From positions 30,537 to 94,536 of the forward strand of contig MQRK01250390.1 of NCBI GenBank assembly GCA_001938485.1: a stretch of DNA of 64,000 bases. The letters are read 5' to 3'. Both the position numbers and the translations under genes were made by a program. The notes under the pieces are model-generated. The model saw nothing but the letters and a program-made list of their open reading frames with translations. It did no database searches and was not told the origin of the DNA. The stretch is from Girardia tigrina (Eukaryota). Below, piece by piece: positions 1 to 14,631 of this stretch; within the stretch, counting starts at the first letter, position 1; every line of letters begins with the position of its first letter.

Positions 1-149
1 ATAATATTTGCTGTATTTCAAATTTGTGAATTGTATCTTAAAGTTGTAAATGGTTTTTGCAAATTTTTGTTAAAAAGAAATAAAATGTTTTATTAAAGAG
101 AAATAATTTATAGTTTAAACTATTAATAATCACTATGTTTAAATTGAAT

Positions 150-352
150 TTTCAAAATATTTTTAAAGATCTAAATTTATAAAAAATTGAATAAAATAAC
201 ATATTTATTTATCAATATTATTATGTATATTTAGAATTTTTAGATCTGGATTATGAAATTGAAATAGTTCCTCATAAATTTGTTTCAATAATGAAAATTG
301 TAGTAGAAATAAAGTTTGCAAATTATGAATTCTGATTTCAATCACGAACCTA
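150..352 (+). mobile_element. Fragment of Gypsy LTR (same family as 23897-25073)
   Basis: Reverse complement of about 24165-24420 (e.g. agatctggattatg...cctcataaatttgtttcaataatgaaa...gaaataaagtttgcaaattatg). May extend to the window start. Confidence 0.75.
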
Positions 353-745
353 ATAACCACGATTATTAATCAAAATCAATTTTTCACGAGCAAAATGTTG
401 ATAAAATATTCGAAACGATTCGAAAGATATTAAATGAAATGAAAGGTGACGGTTTGAATAATGTGAGACAAATTGGAATATCGGGGCAAATGAACGGTGC
501 TTTATTTGTGGAATGACGACAAGGACGAGTCGGGCTACAGTCGGCACTCAAAATTGATTACCTGGATGGATCAGAGATGTAATGCCGATGGTTTCATTGA
601 ATCTCTACCAAAAATGCCGTCAGTAATTTGGTTATAGAAATGCTCGTTAACGGACAACAGTTTGAGATGATTTTTTATTTGTCTTCCCACCCCTCAAACC
701 AGATGCTCTGCAATCACGTTACTCCTGCGCTCACTCTGTTATCAT
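353..745 (+). pseudogene. SHPK: Sedoheptulokinase (FGGY kinase) N-terminal fragment, disrupted; copy 1
   Basis: Translates to EQNVDKIFETIRKIL..VRQIGISGQMNG..LITWMDQRC..FIESLPK, matching SHPK motifs (GIGVSGQMHG, LVTWQDGRC). Has a stop and a frameshift. Paralogous to about 54535-54975. Confidence 0.8.
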
Positions 746-746
746 T

Positions 747-792
<46 letters not shown>
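747..792. repeat. (TA)n microsatellite
   Basis: Direct observation; others at about 16885-16916, 20400-20440, 31069-31115, 63504-63607. Confidence 0.95.
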
Positions 793-3700
793 ATTTCTTT
801 TTAATGCCCTTGAATAAAAATGCCCTTGAATAAATGTCGGATTAAATAATAGAATCTTTTTGAGTTATAATCGACAAAGAATATAATTTATTAGATTCTT
901 AATTAACCACATTTATTAACGAAAATACTGTAAAATAATACACCAACAAAACAATAGCACAATGCATCAGAAAGAAAAACCCTTGCGAATGAAAGTTTTG
1001 AATAAAGATTTATAATGTTTATGTCTAAGAATAAAATGAGATATTTTCAATTAATATTTATGAAAAATGATTTTTCATTTAATAAATTAAGACAATATCT
1101 ATTCATATTTATTCTTCTATAATTTATAAATGACTTCTTTTGAAAAACGTCAACCGATAACACTTAAGAGAATGTGTTTATCTTTTATATTTTATTATAT
1201 TTATATCCCAAAGCCACCTGCTCGAATGTGTACTTTGAAACGGCTCTTTTTAAACGAAAATCATTGAACGAAAATTTAAAAGATGTGAAACAGTTTTAAC
1301 TCATTTTTTATAATTTTTATTAAATTGATTTATTTTTAATTTCGAGTCACGTGATTCTTTGTTTTTTATTATTATTGTAGTTTTCTTGCTACATCTGTTC
1401 ATATGGATTTGTTACATATGTCTGTGTATCAGTCGAGCTTTTACTCGAGAAAGAGAAATGAAATGAAAGGACTAGCTCTGATTGGCCATTGATCATCCAA
1501 TCAGAAGGAGAGAAGAGAGAGAGATTTTCTCTCGTTTTTTATCTTTCTCGAATTTAATTAAAGGTTTCTGGATGATGACGATTTCTTTTTGAGCCGGAGC
1601 TTATTCCCGATTGTAAATTTTGTTGACGATTTTGGATAAAACATTATGGTTTTGATGTAATTAACTCTCTTGATTGTAAATTATTGTCGATTTTTGAACC
1701 TACGAAATTCTCGTTTTGAATTATGAATTAAGTTGTACAAAAAGGAGCAAAGATGTTTTTATGAGACAAATAATTGAGTTGAAAATTTCTTTGCAAATAT
1801 TTTCATTTTGAATTTGATTTAAAATTTGTCGATCCAAAATGGTTGAGTGTTTTTTGTGAACGTGAGAAAAATTTGTTTAGAAATTAAAATTTGATTTGAT
1901 ATTTTGTGTTTTAAATAAAAAAATGAGTAAGAATTTTTTATCATTATTCAACGAAAAATCTCGATTGTTAAATTCATTTGAAAATAACGTCTTACGTTTA
2001 TCTAAATTTCATATCGCAATAACTGATGAATTCGATCGTTTTAAACGTAAAGAATCAAAAAGCAAAAGGAAATCGAATGAATTTAATGCCGAAAATAATC
2101 AATATTTTTTTATAGATTGGCAATTTGATTTATACAGATTTGTTATACCTAAAAGATAGAAATAGTTATTATGGTTTCGATAGACGCAGCAGACAGTTGA
2201 TGATCCACTAAGTAGCCATGTTACCACCGTCCGATTCTCGGGTCAACCTGAAGGAAGACCGGAAAACAGTCAAAATTAATAAACTATAGCTAGCTTCAAA
2301 ATGTTTTATTTAAAAACTTGATAATTTTATATAAATTTATTTACAATTACAGAACAAATTAATATATTGAAAAAAATAATTAAATATTTACAGAAAATTA
2401 AAATAAATATTTCTTGACTGATTAACCAATCAAATGATTTTCAAATCAGGGTTCTTAGTCAGTTCCAAAGTGATTTTAATCACTTTTTATTTTTTATTAA
2501 TTTAATATTTGATCATTTGTGGTTTTTATTATTACATAGTAACGACTGATGATTATTTATTCACGAAATAAATAATATCGTTTTTGAATGGAAATTCGAA
2601 TTAGATTATTGTTAACAATTTTAAAATCAACAACCAACTAAAAAATTTAAAATAGACCAATCACAAACTGCAGTAAATCCAGCGCCATGACTCCGCTACC
2701 ACTCGTCAGTCTCTAGGGCAACCTTAAGACTCTACCGAACAAATATTTTAAAATTAAAATTTTCGGCGATTTATATTTTAAAAAAGCTGCCATGTCTATG
2801 AGGATGTTTACTTGCTGAGTCTTCAATTGCAAAGGTTGACGATAGAGATCGAAGATGTCTTTATTAATAAACTTTTAATTAATAAATAAAAATTTTAATT
2901 GAAAATAATAAATAGTTTTCCGTTCCGTTTTTATTGATTTTCTTTCACATCTTTTGTCGATGTTGACATCTTCCCATTGAAATTTACCATGAAAATGTTT
3001 AATTAATATCTTAATGTTCACCCAATTGAAAAATAAATTCCTAATATCAAATGTCATAAAACCGATTTTATACATATGGATATACATTTCTTTTATATCA
3101 ACGAGAAAGTCAAAATCTTTCTCGAAACACATATAAAATTACAAGGGAGCGATTAAATCACAAATTGACAGAACTATCAAACTTGACATCCAAATGAAAG
3201 ATATCGACACCTCTAGAACTGTATATAAGGAGTACAGAGGAATGCACAAACATATTCCTGACATCCCATGATAAATAGCCAGTGCAAAATAAAATTTCTA
3301 TTTCCCTATTTTCCACATTCACCTCTATTAACTTTATGTAGGAAAAAATCCTGAAAATCCCGATAATAAAATCGAAAAACACTGATAAGTGCATGTTTGC
3401 CAAAGCAATTAAAATCATCAGATCAATTGACAGGAAAATTTTAAATGGGATTTGATGTTTTTTCTGTTTTTTTTCTTTCTTTCAGTGGTTTTCTTTTCCA
3501 CATGTTGCTGATTACGATCGCTTTCAGTCGTCATTTTTTCACTTGATCTACATTAAATAGCAATGATATTTTCCGCTGACTGTGCCGAACATCCTCCCGT
3601 ATTTATTATCAACAGGGATTGTGCTTTTTGTTGCTTTTGCTTCAATTAATTTGAACAATTCTCATATTAATTTGTTTGACTGATTTTGTTAATTAAAAAT

Positions 3701-4042
3701 CAAAAAAAATTAATAAGTATTAAAATAAGCTGAACAAAAAAGCAAAGATAATTATTGATTTTGAATGTTTTTTTTACTTCTGTTTTTTTTTGTTAATTAA
3801 CTTTTAATTGATGTTTTATTATAACTTTTGGTCATTTTATTTATGGATATAGTGTACGTTTATTTATTAATTATAGAAGATAATTTTTATTTTTCTAATT
3901 AAATCGAGTCTCAAGAAAGAATCAAATACAAAAATTACATAGCAATAAAGGTATCAAAACATGATATCCTTCACGTATAATTAAATGATTATTTATAGTT
4001 TAAATAAAATGAACTTTATTCTTTTAAAAGTCTTTTATTTTG

Positions 4043-4460
4043 TACGTTGACTAGAGCGAAAACTTAGAAGAAATATTGCAGCGTCAAGTGGAATCCCAGT
4101 CATAGATTTCTGAATAATTTGCCTCGGGGCCTCTACTGTCTGCGATGCGCGAGGTGCAACCACCTGAGGAAACTTTTTTCTTAATCAATGAAAAGTTTCT
4201 TTTGAAATCATCAAAACGGAATTCATATTTAGAGATCTAAAATGGTACAAAGTATTAAGAACATTGTGATAATTATCATTTGAATCTTTATTACAACAAC
4301 ATTTAGAGTCATTACAACTTTCAGAAGATCTTTCATCGTTGAACATCGCTCTAATTTGATTCGTTATTTCTATTTTTAATCATGATTATTCGAACAATTG
4401 TTCTTAATCTTTTAAAATTACACAATTTTTAAAAATATTAATTAAAAATAATAATTTAAG
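4043..4460 (-). mobile_element. MULE relic: transposase N-terminal piece plus subterminal repeat
   Basis: 4043-4170 is a reverse-complement match to about 34090-34210 (gcatcgcagacagtagagg..ggcaaattattcagaaat..ctgggattccacttgac). 4255-4460 matches 33470-33730 and 35737-35980. Confidence 0.7.
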
Positions 4461-4469
4461 TCATTGCTA

Positions 4470-5511
4470 AATAAAACACATAGTCGGATGGCGCAAGATC
4501 CGGACTGTGAAAGAAGTTCAAAGGCGTCGAGATTTTTGATTTTTTCCTTTGTTTGTTTGGCGATGTGCGGTTTTGCATTGTTCTGTTGTAGAAGAACTCG
4601 CTTTCGATTGATCAAAGCGGGGTATTTCTCGCTAAGTGTCGCATACATTCGATCAAGTTGGGCGCGGTAAAGGTCAGCGTCGATGGTACGACCATTTGGA
4701 ACCAGCTCGAAGTGAATTACATTTTCAAAATTCCACTAAACACATAAAAGTGCCTTCCTTTAGAAACGATCTTGTTTTGCTACCGGTTTCGCCATTTGTC
4801 CGTGGTCCAACCATTGATTTTGTTGGTCTGGATTACTGAAGTAAACCCACTTTTCATTGCAAGTTACAATTCGACGAATGAAACGGTCATCGCGCGGATT
4901 TTCAAGTAATTTTTGACAAGTTTCGAAACGCTTTTTGGCTTGAATTTGGGTCAATTCATGAGGCACTTCTCGACATCGTCTATTGACCTTGCCAAGAACT
5001 TGAAGGTGTCGTACAATAGATGTTTGAGGAATATCGAGTTCGGCCGACAATCTGAGAGTACTTATTGACGGATTTGTCTCGACGGCTTCACGAATTGCTC
5101 CGGAATCTACGGTGATAGGTAGGCCTGAACGTGCATTGTCTCCGAGGTCAATGTCGCCTTCGTTGAACCTTTTGAACCAATTTTGTGCAGTGCGATTTGA
5201 GACCACATTATCGCCTTCAACTTCGCATATCTTCTTTGTTGCTGCAGTTGCGTTTAAGCCATATTTCCAGTAATGGCGTAAAAGAACACGAATTTCAAAA
5301 TTTTCTATAATTTTCTAAAAAACCATAAAAATTATATTAACGACTAATTAGAAGTTTTAATATATATTGTGATAGACCAGTTCAAGAGCTTTAAAACATA
5401 TAACACATATATAAAATATCTTATAACGTATATAAAATATCTTTATTTGGTAATAAGAAACAATTGAACAAAAGCCGTAGAAAATACGAACAGACTTTTG
5501 GTTCACCCTAA
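4470..5511 (-). mobile_element. Mariner element, 3'-truncated, frameshifted transposase
   Basis: TIR TTAGGGTGAACCAAAAGTC next to TA at 5512-5513. Protein motifs RTAQNWFKRF, VPHELT, IVTCNEKW, LLQQNNAKPH. The expected start codon reads ATA. Confidence 0.92.
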
Positions 5512-6663
5512 TAATTTTCTGATTGATTTATGAATATATTTAGTTGTTATTATTGCTTGAGGCGTCCCAGACGGAACTGGTCCGACAAATATATATAAAT
5601 TATTTTCAATATCATTCGCCTAAAAAAACAATATTCTAATAATATTGATATCAAACATAAATATGTAACAGAAATTAGTGAAGAAATTAATTTGTAGATA
5701 CCTTCAAAGGGTGCACAGTAGTCGATTACATATAAATACTTGCTTTTCAAATGGTTCCTGATTATAATGATGTTGATATAAAAATAAATGTTTACTTTAT
5801 TTATGATGTAGTGATCACTAAATCTAATCTTTAGGGTTAAAATTTATCTCTCTTTTTTTTTAATTTATAATCTCAAAGATTTACTTTTTTTATTTAGTAA
5901 AGGAGTTTTAACCTTATGTGTCTCAACAAACATGAGGAAAGATAATTTCACCAAGATGATTAAATTCAAGAAATAAAAAAGATTGTTTAAAAATATTTTT
6001 ATATTATTCTCATTTTACTAAAAAATCTATAATAAACCCTATATTTTCAGACAATAATCACAATCCAAGAAATCTAAGAGCTAAAGATGGATTTGAACTT
6101 ACAGTTCCGTAATGCTGTTATCCCCAACGATATTATATTGAGCAAGTTGCAAAATATTATTAAGATCTCAGAATGATATTTTCTTAACTTTTATTGATGA
6201 AAAAAGAAAAAGGAACAATTGCAAAACCTTCAAACAAAGCACTCAACATTTGTATTCTATCTGTTGAGCCCAACGAAATATTGTTCGAATAACCTAAGTC
6301 AATTTTAATTTTAATATTTTACTAACCTTACTTATAAATTCATGTTATTTCTATTCTTCTTTCATTGTTTACTATATAGAAATAACCCGAGATATGTAAG
6401 AAGATTATTTATTTATGTAACTGTGAGTTTTTGTAGGAGCAAAATAAAAGAATATAAATATACTCAATAAGTCAGTAAGAAAAGCTAACTGTCATTTATT
6501 TTCTATAATTTTTGTACAAACAGTAAACCCCCTTGTTAATTTTATGACAAAAATATAACCGAGTCAATACAGACGGTTATGAAGTTTTATTAGTTTTGAT
6601 ATATTAAAGTTTTAATTTATTGAAATACTGTAATCCTTTTGGTCAGTATCAAAAGCAAAGAGT

Positions 6664-7867
6664 CTACACTGATCTTTCTCTTGATTGAAAAATGTTTTGA
6701 AAAGTTTGGTAGGATTTCATTATTCCTGATTCATAAAAACCTTTGCCTTTGTCAGCAAAAAAGCCGTCTAGGAACGATTTGATGTCATCATCACTGGCGA
6801 ATGTTTTCCTGTTTAATGAATTCTGCAGTGATCTAAATATGTTAAAATCCGATGGGGCCAGGTCTGGAGAATACGGTGGGTGCGGCAAAAACCTCCCAAC
6901 CCACTGATAAGAGTTTCTGGCGAGTGGTCAAACTTGTATGCGGTCTTGCGTTATCATGCTGAAATACAACTCTTTTTCGATTTGCCAATTCAGGACGTTC
7001 CTGTTGAAATGAATGAGTCAATTTCTCCAGCTGACAACAATATCTGTCTGAATTGATCGTTTTATTCCTCGGAAGGAGTTCAAAAAACACAATTCCCTTA
7101 AAATCCCAGCAGACGGAAAGCATAACCTTCTTTTCGTGAATTTCTGCTTTTAGGATTGTTTTGGCAGGCTCACCACGTTTTGTCCATGATCGTCGACGTT
7201 CCACATTGTTGTAAACAATCCATTTTTTGTCATCCGTAATCAAGCGCTTCAAAAATGGATCACTTTGTTCTCGCTTCAAAAGGGAAACGCAAATGTCTAT
7301 ACGTTTCACCAAATGAATTTCTTTCAGTTCATGTGGTAACCACATATCGAGTTTACTGACGAATCCAAGATTCTTTAAATGACTTCCAACACTTGATTTT
7401 GATATTTCCAGAGTCTCTGCAACTTCTCTTGTCGTCATACGTGGATTAGATTTGATCAGTGCTGTTATTTTGTCACCATCAACTTCAACTGGTCGACCGG
7501 AGCGTGGTGCATCTTTCAGATGAAATTTTTCAGAACGATATTTAGAAAACCAGTATTGACTCTGTCGAAGTTTTAAGGAGTCACTACCATATACAAAACA
7601 TATCTTCTTATGAGCTTGCAAAGCGGTTTTCCCTTTGCGAAAATAATGCAACAAAAAATGACGAATATGCTCATTTTGATTTTCCATTTCGGATTGACGG
7701 TAAAGTAATAAATTAAAACAAAATCAATTAATATTTTGTATAAACATTGTCTGAAAATTAAGGTTTCAGAATATATAATTGAATTTAAATTTTATCTCAT
7801 CGTTTTATATTTTCAAGTTTTTTATTAGGACGTACTCAAAAACGCAATGAGTTTTTGGCCAACCCAA
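6664..7867 (-). mobile_element. Mariner element with near full-length DD34D-type transposase (frameshifted, 3' end lost)
   Basis: ORFs 6842-7687 and 6664-6888 contain WLPHEL, ITDDKKWI, FQHDNARPH, HPPYSPDLAPSDF. TIR TTGGGTTGGCCAAAAACTC with flanking TA. Confidence 0.95.
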
Positions 7868-9237
7868 TAAGTCAAACTCAGCGCCGCGTAATGCATTAAA
7901 GGTTGATGCAAATACATGGCGTACATAAAGGCGGCCATTCTTAAGCAGATGCCACTATAAGCAGCTTTCACTGTATTTAAAAATGATTTTTGATTTCTTT
8001 AATTTTTTCAAATAAATGATTAAATTATTGAAATTTCTTTTATTGTTTTTTTTTATTTTTTAAAAATATTTTTTTTCATATTTATTACTGATTTCTAACA
8101 AAATATTTTTTTCATTTTTAATTCTTTCAATTTTTTCTAAAAAAAATAATACAATTGAAAAATTGTTTTAAATTATTTTGATTAATTTAAATATTTTTTG
8201 CTGAAATAATTGAAAAAATAGAATACAATATTAATTTTTTTTAATTTTCTAAAAAATTCTTTAAATAATAATTATTTATTAATAAAAATTTTAAAATATA
8301 TATTCTTAAAATATTTTATTATTTAAAGTTTTAATTTAAGTAACTCAAATATCATTTAATTAATAAATATATAAACGAAACATTAGAAAAAATTAAAATA
8401 ATTTCAGAAAAATTTTTAAAGGTTACTTTTATAGATTAATTCTTTGTTTAAATTATCACATATAATAAATTAATATAAAATACATTATTTATTTTCTCTC
8501 TTTATATATATCAAGGAATATTAACCATAAAAAATATAAGTCATATAAGGTAGATTATTTTAAAATTGTTTTCATTAATTAAGAATTATATAAGATTAAT
8601 TTCTAGTAATTTAAATAATAATAAGAATTCCAAGTTTCCATAAGAGTAGTAAACCATAAAGTCTTCTTTAAAAATATAGTATTAATTTTATAAAAAAATA
8701 ATTATTTTTGTTAAAAAGGATTAACTTTGTTTTTAGAACATATTTTATACTTGCTATTTGAAAATTAATTATCGCATTTTAATTTTCAATATTCAAAAAT
8801 TCATTATTTATTAGCATTTTTAAAACATAAATTGCTATTTATATTATTACTACGCAGTACCATTGTAGTACCATGTAGTACCACGAAGAGTTCCAAGGTA
8901 CACATTCACCTAGAAAAAAGAAACTAAATACCGTTATAATTTAAATTCTTATTGTAACCCTTCAAAAATTAATTTTTCTTAAATGATGCTCTCAGTTGTG
9001 ACTTCAAACTTCATTTTATTTCTTACATTGTAACGTTGTTATTGTTTAAAATATTTTTATGTAAAATATGTGTAATTCTTTTTAATTTCTTTACGAATAA
9101 TTAAATTATGATAAACTTTAGTTACCAAAATTCATATATTACAATTATAACAGAAGGAATAAAATGAAGATAATATCACAAAACAGAAAAATTGAGAGTA
9201 TAAACAAATAATCAATATGCAACTTTACAGTAAAGAT

Positions 9238-9642
9238 CATTGATAGTCAACCTGGTCCATACCGCCCACTACTGGGAGGTAGTGAGATTTTGGTGGGCCG
9301 TAGGATTTTTTGATGTATAAAATTTTTTTTCTGTTAGTTCAAATATAATTGTTATTTAAAAATAACATGTTGTTGAAAATATAATTTAAGAATATTGTTA
9401 TTTATAAGGTATATTGTATTTCTAGCTTTGACATTGCGTTTTGATGTACAAAGAATCAAAGCTAGAATAAAGACTTAAATGATGCGTGCAGATTATTTGC
9501 TCCTGTATTCTTCGCCCAACTTATTGTTGGGGAAGGTGTTTATTGCTTCTTTGTATTCATATAAATAGGAATTTTTACTAAACTTCCTAATGATATGAAA
9601 CTTCTTAATAATTACTCTAATGAAAAAGGTTTGAAACCGCTG
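9238..9642. mobile_element. hAT-like non-autonomous element
   Basis: Ends CATTGATAGTCAACCT / AGGTTTGAAACCGCTG resemble CAGTGNTNNNCAACCT-type hAT TIRs. No 8-bp TSD visible. Confidence 0.45.
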
Positions 9643-10704
9643 ATCTGAATAATAACACGTGTATATAGATTAGAGTAGTAGTATGAATATATTTACCCGT
9701 CTGTTCATCGTAATTATAGTAATTATAGTAATAATGTTCGAATAAATAAATAAATAAATAATACATAACTAAAAACATGAATTTATTAATTTATTCGTGC
9801 TTACCTATAGTAAATTATAATACATAATTGTTGTAGTACAATATAGGTGGTCAGAAAGAAAGGTGAACTCTGTCACTACATATTATTTTTGATCCTTTTT
9901 GGAAAGGAATAAGTTGCAATTTAAATATTCCTTATTTCTTATGTGTTTTGCCCTACAAAATTTTATATTATACAAAGCGACTTACTTTTCTGCTTCCATA
10001 TTGTCGAAATCGGTTTGATATTTATCAGATTTTGCAAAAGTAAAAAAATTAAGATTTATTTGTTTTGCAAATCGAAAAAGAAATTCTGATAACGAAAAAA
10101 GTTGTCAATCATTAATTATAATTATTCATATAAATCTTATATAATTAATTAATTAATTAATTAATGAAAGACATTTAATGTGAATAAATTAATTTTAAAT
10201 AGAAATAATTTTCTTTTTATCATTCTACTCCAAATATTTTAATCATTAAATGAACATCGATAAACGAAAATTTTCTTCATCCAGAAATATTTTTCTTAAA
10301 ACATATTTTCAAGGAAGTTTAATTAAAGAAAAACATAACAGAATGAATGGGTCTATTATTCGTTTCTTTTGTCATTGACAATAACACTGATATTATATGA
10401 GTTACTCCAACATAATGCTGTCTCAATTTTAATATACCAATTATGTCTTCATTGATAATAATTCTTTGGTTAACTTTTCACATTTAATATAATAATATTA
10501 AAATTCTTTCATTAGTACTACTTTTCAAAAGAACATTCTTTATTTATGAATTAGAAAATAAATCAATAAAAAACAGTCATCTATGTATTCTAGTTTAAAT
10601 GATTAAATAATGGGCAATTAAAAGTAAATAAATACATTAATATAGTGCCACATCAAAAGTACATACAGCTGATAGAAAAGACGAAAAATTATAATTTTAA
10701 CGTA

Positions 10705-10906
10705 CCGTGATTTTCCGAAAATAAGCGCACCTGTGCATATATTAAGTTTTTGTTTCCAAAAATAGGCGCATTACACTCCCTCTCTCATTCATACGGTACC
10801 AAATCGAACCGAAAAGAAATTTACTGAGTCATATGACTCATAATACGGTAACACTTAACGTGATGATAATAATGTTTTAGTGCACTTTTTTTTCGGAAAA
10901 TTCTGG
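10705..10906. mobile_element. pogo-type MITE
   Basis: TA|CCGTGATTTTCCGAAAATAAGCGCAC ... GTGCACTTTTTTTTCGGAAAATTCTGG|TA. Confidence 0.7.
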
Positions 10907-11242
10907 TATGTGTTCGATTGAAATATCAAAATTGAATATTTTTTACATCTTTAATTTTACATTATTTAATCTTTAATTTTATATTTTTTTAAACTGTAAA
11001 AATTTAATAAAAACTCCTTTCGAATATTTTTATATCTTTAATTTTAAATAAATTAATATTTAATATGAGATTTATATGTATTTTAAATATTGTACTTAAT
11101 TTCTAAAAATTTGTTAAACACTGTTTTAATATTCTGAAAATCTTATATTTAACTTGGTTCTCAAGTCTATTTAGTTTAAAAATTTTATTACTTTAAATTT
11201 TATATAAAACATTTTTTAAATATGATGATTTTTAAATATGAT

Positions 11243-11844
11243 CTTGGAGTAAAAAAGATCAACCTGCTCAAAGCACTTCGAAAGCTGACATTCATCAAAA
11301 AAATTGATGCTATCTGTTTCGTGGGATTTCTAAGGAATCGTATTTTATGAGCTTCTTCCGGACTAAACTGCAATCATTTCTGTCGTCTACCGTCATCAGC
11401 TGGACAAATTAAATGAATCCCTTTAACACAAAAGGTCAGAATTGATCAATAGAAAAGGTGTAGTGTTTCACCAAGATAATGCCAGACCTCATATAAGTTT
11501 GGTAACTCACCAAAAGCTTTTACAGCTTGGATGGAACATCATGCCTCACCCACCATATTCTCCAGACCTCACATCTTCTGATTATCATTTGTTCCGGTCT
11601 CTACAAAATTATTTAGATGCTAACACTTTTGGATCAAATGAAGATGTTAAAAATCACCTGGAAAAGTTTTATAGCAGCAAAGAACAAATATTTTATGAAC
11701 GTGGAATCATGTCACTGCCAGGAAGATGAAAGAAGGTATTGGACCACAATGGTCAATATGTATTTCAATAAAATATTTATTCGTCATAAAAATTTGTCTT
11801 TTACTTTAATACAAAAAAACGAAATGAATTTCCGAACAAACCAA
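11243..11844 (+). mobile_element. Mariner 3' half
   Basis: VFHQDNARPH and HPPYSPDLTSSDYHLF motifs; right TIR ...GAAATGAATTTCCGAACAAACCAA|TA. Confidence 0.92.
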
Positions 11845-14631
11845 TATTAATATTGTAATTTTATTTTTAAGCTTTATGTCACATTTATTGTCTTCAATTA
11901 TTTCACAATAACTTCTATTTTTTATTTTTATAATTTAATATTAATTTATTCTTTTTAAATGTAACATTCGTATATTTAGTTTATCATATATTGAAAATGT
12001 TTTGTTAGATTCAAAAATTTAGAAGTTTCCAAAAATCGTCACAGTTGTATATGAGAAGGCATAGATGAATGTAGTCTTCTGCATAAACTTAATGAAATTG
12101 CAATAATATTAGCTATTACACTTAGAGAGAGACCACTATAACTTTTCATGTATATAGCACGAACCAAATCATCTGATAATCATTTGCCGCCCATTCTGCT
12201 GTGGGGTTAATAAAACGATTCTCTAATTCATGCTTCCTGTTTTATACAATTGGATACCCATATGAAGTACGAAGGTCATCACCACATTGAAATATTTGAT
12301 GAGTCAATGGCCCCAAGCCTGCATTATGGTCTATTTTCTAACAAGTGTATGAACTTTGTGTGCAGCCTTATATATGTTTTTGCTAAAGATTTTTAATATT
12401 TTAACCGAAATTAGGATTTTTACCGAATCTTAGTTGATAAAGCACCATATTTCGATCTTTAACTTGTAAGATGATACATCCGATGATATCCTTCACTTTT
12501 CTCAGTTTACTTTTTGAACGAATAATCTCTATATATAAATAACTTAATATTTTTCAATTTTAAATATTTAAATTTAAATTTCTGTGTTTAAATATAATAA
12601 TAAATAGAATAGAAATTTTTTAACGTTTGTTAATGCTTTTGCGTCATTTTAGATATATTTATTTTTTTTAATTTTTTTATAAGAACATGATGAAAACAAT
12701 TCTGTGGATAATATTAATTTTCAGTCGGCAATCACAAGATTCCTTTATAACATCGTAGACAATGAGAAACGACTGTATCTATTAAGGCTAGTTAATTAAT
12801 AATACCTCAAACAGTTTGGGAATAAACTTTTATACAGACTGAACAATAATTAAAAATTTCAATAAAAACAACACAATTTTTCAAGGAGAAGAGAATCTAA
12901 GGGGTAAGATGACCCGGCCGAGATATTTTTAATTTTTTACTGTCAGTTGTATTCATTTGAAATTTCGAGACAAATAAAATCATTTTTTTCGATTTTGATA
13001 AAATATTTCGTGAATCTGTTTCAAATTATTTGAAAATTGTAACAAAACACTTTTAAAAAATGAAATATTTTTAAATTCATCTGTCTTTGACGATTTTTTA
13101 TCAGTTTCTTATTTTTGTAATAAATACTTTTTTTAATAAATACCTGTATCAACTATCACAAATGATACATGTGAAGGATGGACCCATTCTTTAAATTTTT
13201 GAATAATTAATTTTTGTAAATAATATCTAAATTAAGAAAAATATTTAAAATCAAAAGTTCTAAAACAGTTATAACTAAATATCTTAATTAATTTAAAAAA
13301 GAGTTATTTTTTATAAATAATTGAATTTTAATTATTTTGCATTTATTTCAAAAATTATTCCGAAGAATAACTTTATGAAATTTTTGTTGTCAGAGATGTA
13401 ATAAAAAAAAGATAATTTAGATTTAAAAACCAGTTAGAAATTTTGCAAATTAAAATTCGATAAATAATTAATAAAATATGTAATATATATAAAAAACTGC
13501 TATTAGAAATTTTATAATTAATGAATCACTATTAAATAATAATAAATTTAAATAAAATATTTTGGTATTTTAAATTCATCAAGTGTATTTTAAATCGTAA
13601 ATTGTATTATAAATCGTAAATTTTATTTTATATTCGCAAATTGTATTTTTAAATTTAAATATTGATAATATATAATACGTTAAACTCTTTTGTTTGGTTA
13701 AAATAAATTTTGATTTTATACTGATTTTAAATTAAATTTTATCAAATAATAGAATACTAATCTATAAAATTAATGGAAAATTTTAATTTCTAAAATCACA
13801 TTTTAATAAATAGCTTATCAGTATTTATAATTCCATATTTTTATGTATAAGAAATTTGGTCGAAATAAAACAAAAAGTTCCTCAAGAAATATTGTTTGAA
13901 TAATTGTTATTTGTGTTATTAATAAATTTTTGGTGTTAATGAATTATAATATTGATCAAGAACCCAACAATACCTATCACTTAATACTTAAATATGTAAT
14001 ACAACAAATACTACACTATTTTATTACAAGATAAAAAATAACTCTAAAATACTTTACATTAGACAATAAATTAGAGATAATTAATAATAATAGAAAAAAC
14101 GATAATGTAGAACAAGTATTTAACATCGGATGAAGATATTGGACGACTGATAAAATGATAATGAACAAAACTTACACAATATAATCGCACTTGAGATTTG
14201 GTGAATACAAATATCTTCTAATTCGTATTGTTATCTTTGGCAGTGTCTATCAAAAATATTGTTACAATAACTTTTGTCGACAAAATTGTCTTTTAATAGT
14301 TTAGAATTTCGGACCCGATTAATTTAACTCAGCCTCGAATACCTTTGGGTGAAGTATTTCAGAAAAAAAAGAGCTCTCGCGAATACCTAATTTTTATTAA
14401 GTTATAATGTCGGACATTGTTGGGATTTGATCTAGGTAAATATAATACGTTGATTATTCTGATATTATTTTTTATTCATTTTCTTCTTTAATGTTCAAAT
14501 ATTTAAATTTTTAGAATTATTACTGCAGTAGTAATAATTGTATCATGACAATTTTTAAAAATATAAATTAGAGGGGGGGTTTATTTTTTTTCTTATCTTT
14601 ACTTTCCTTACAAAATTATTTATATATATAT

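Noticed and set aside
1400-3430. Coding-like stretches and a CCAAT-containing segment
   Set aside because: All frames are interrupted and no motif is recognised, so nothing can be assigned.
12050-12520. Possible P-element/THAP9-like remnant on the minus strand
   Set aside because: Only a vague peptide resemblance, with no TIR or catalytic motif.
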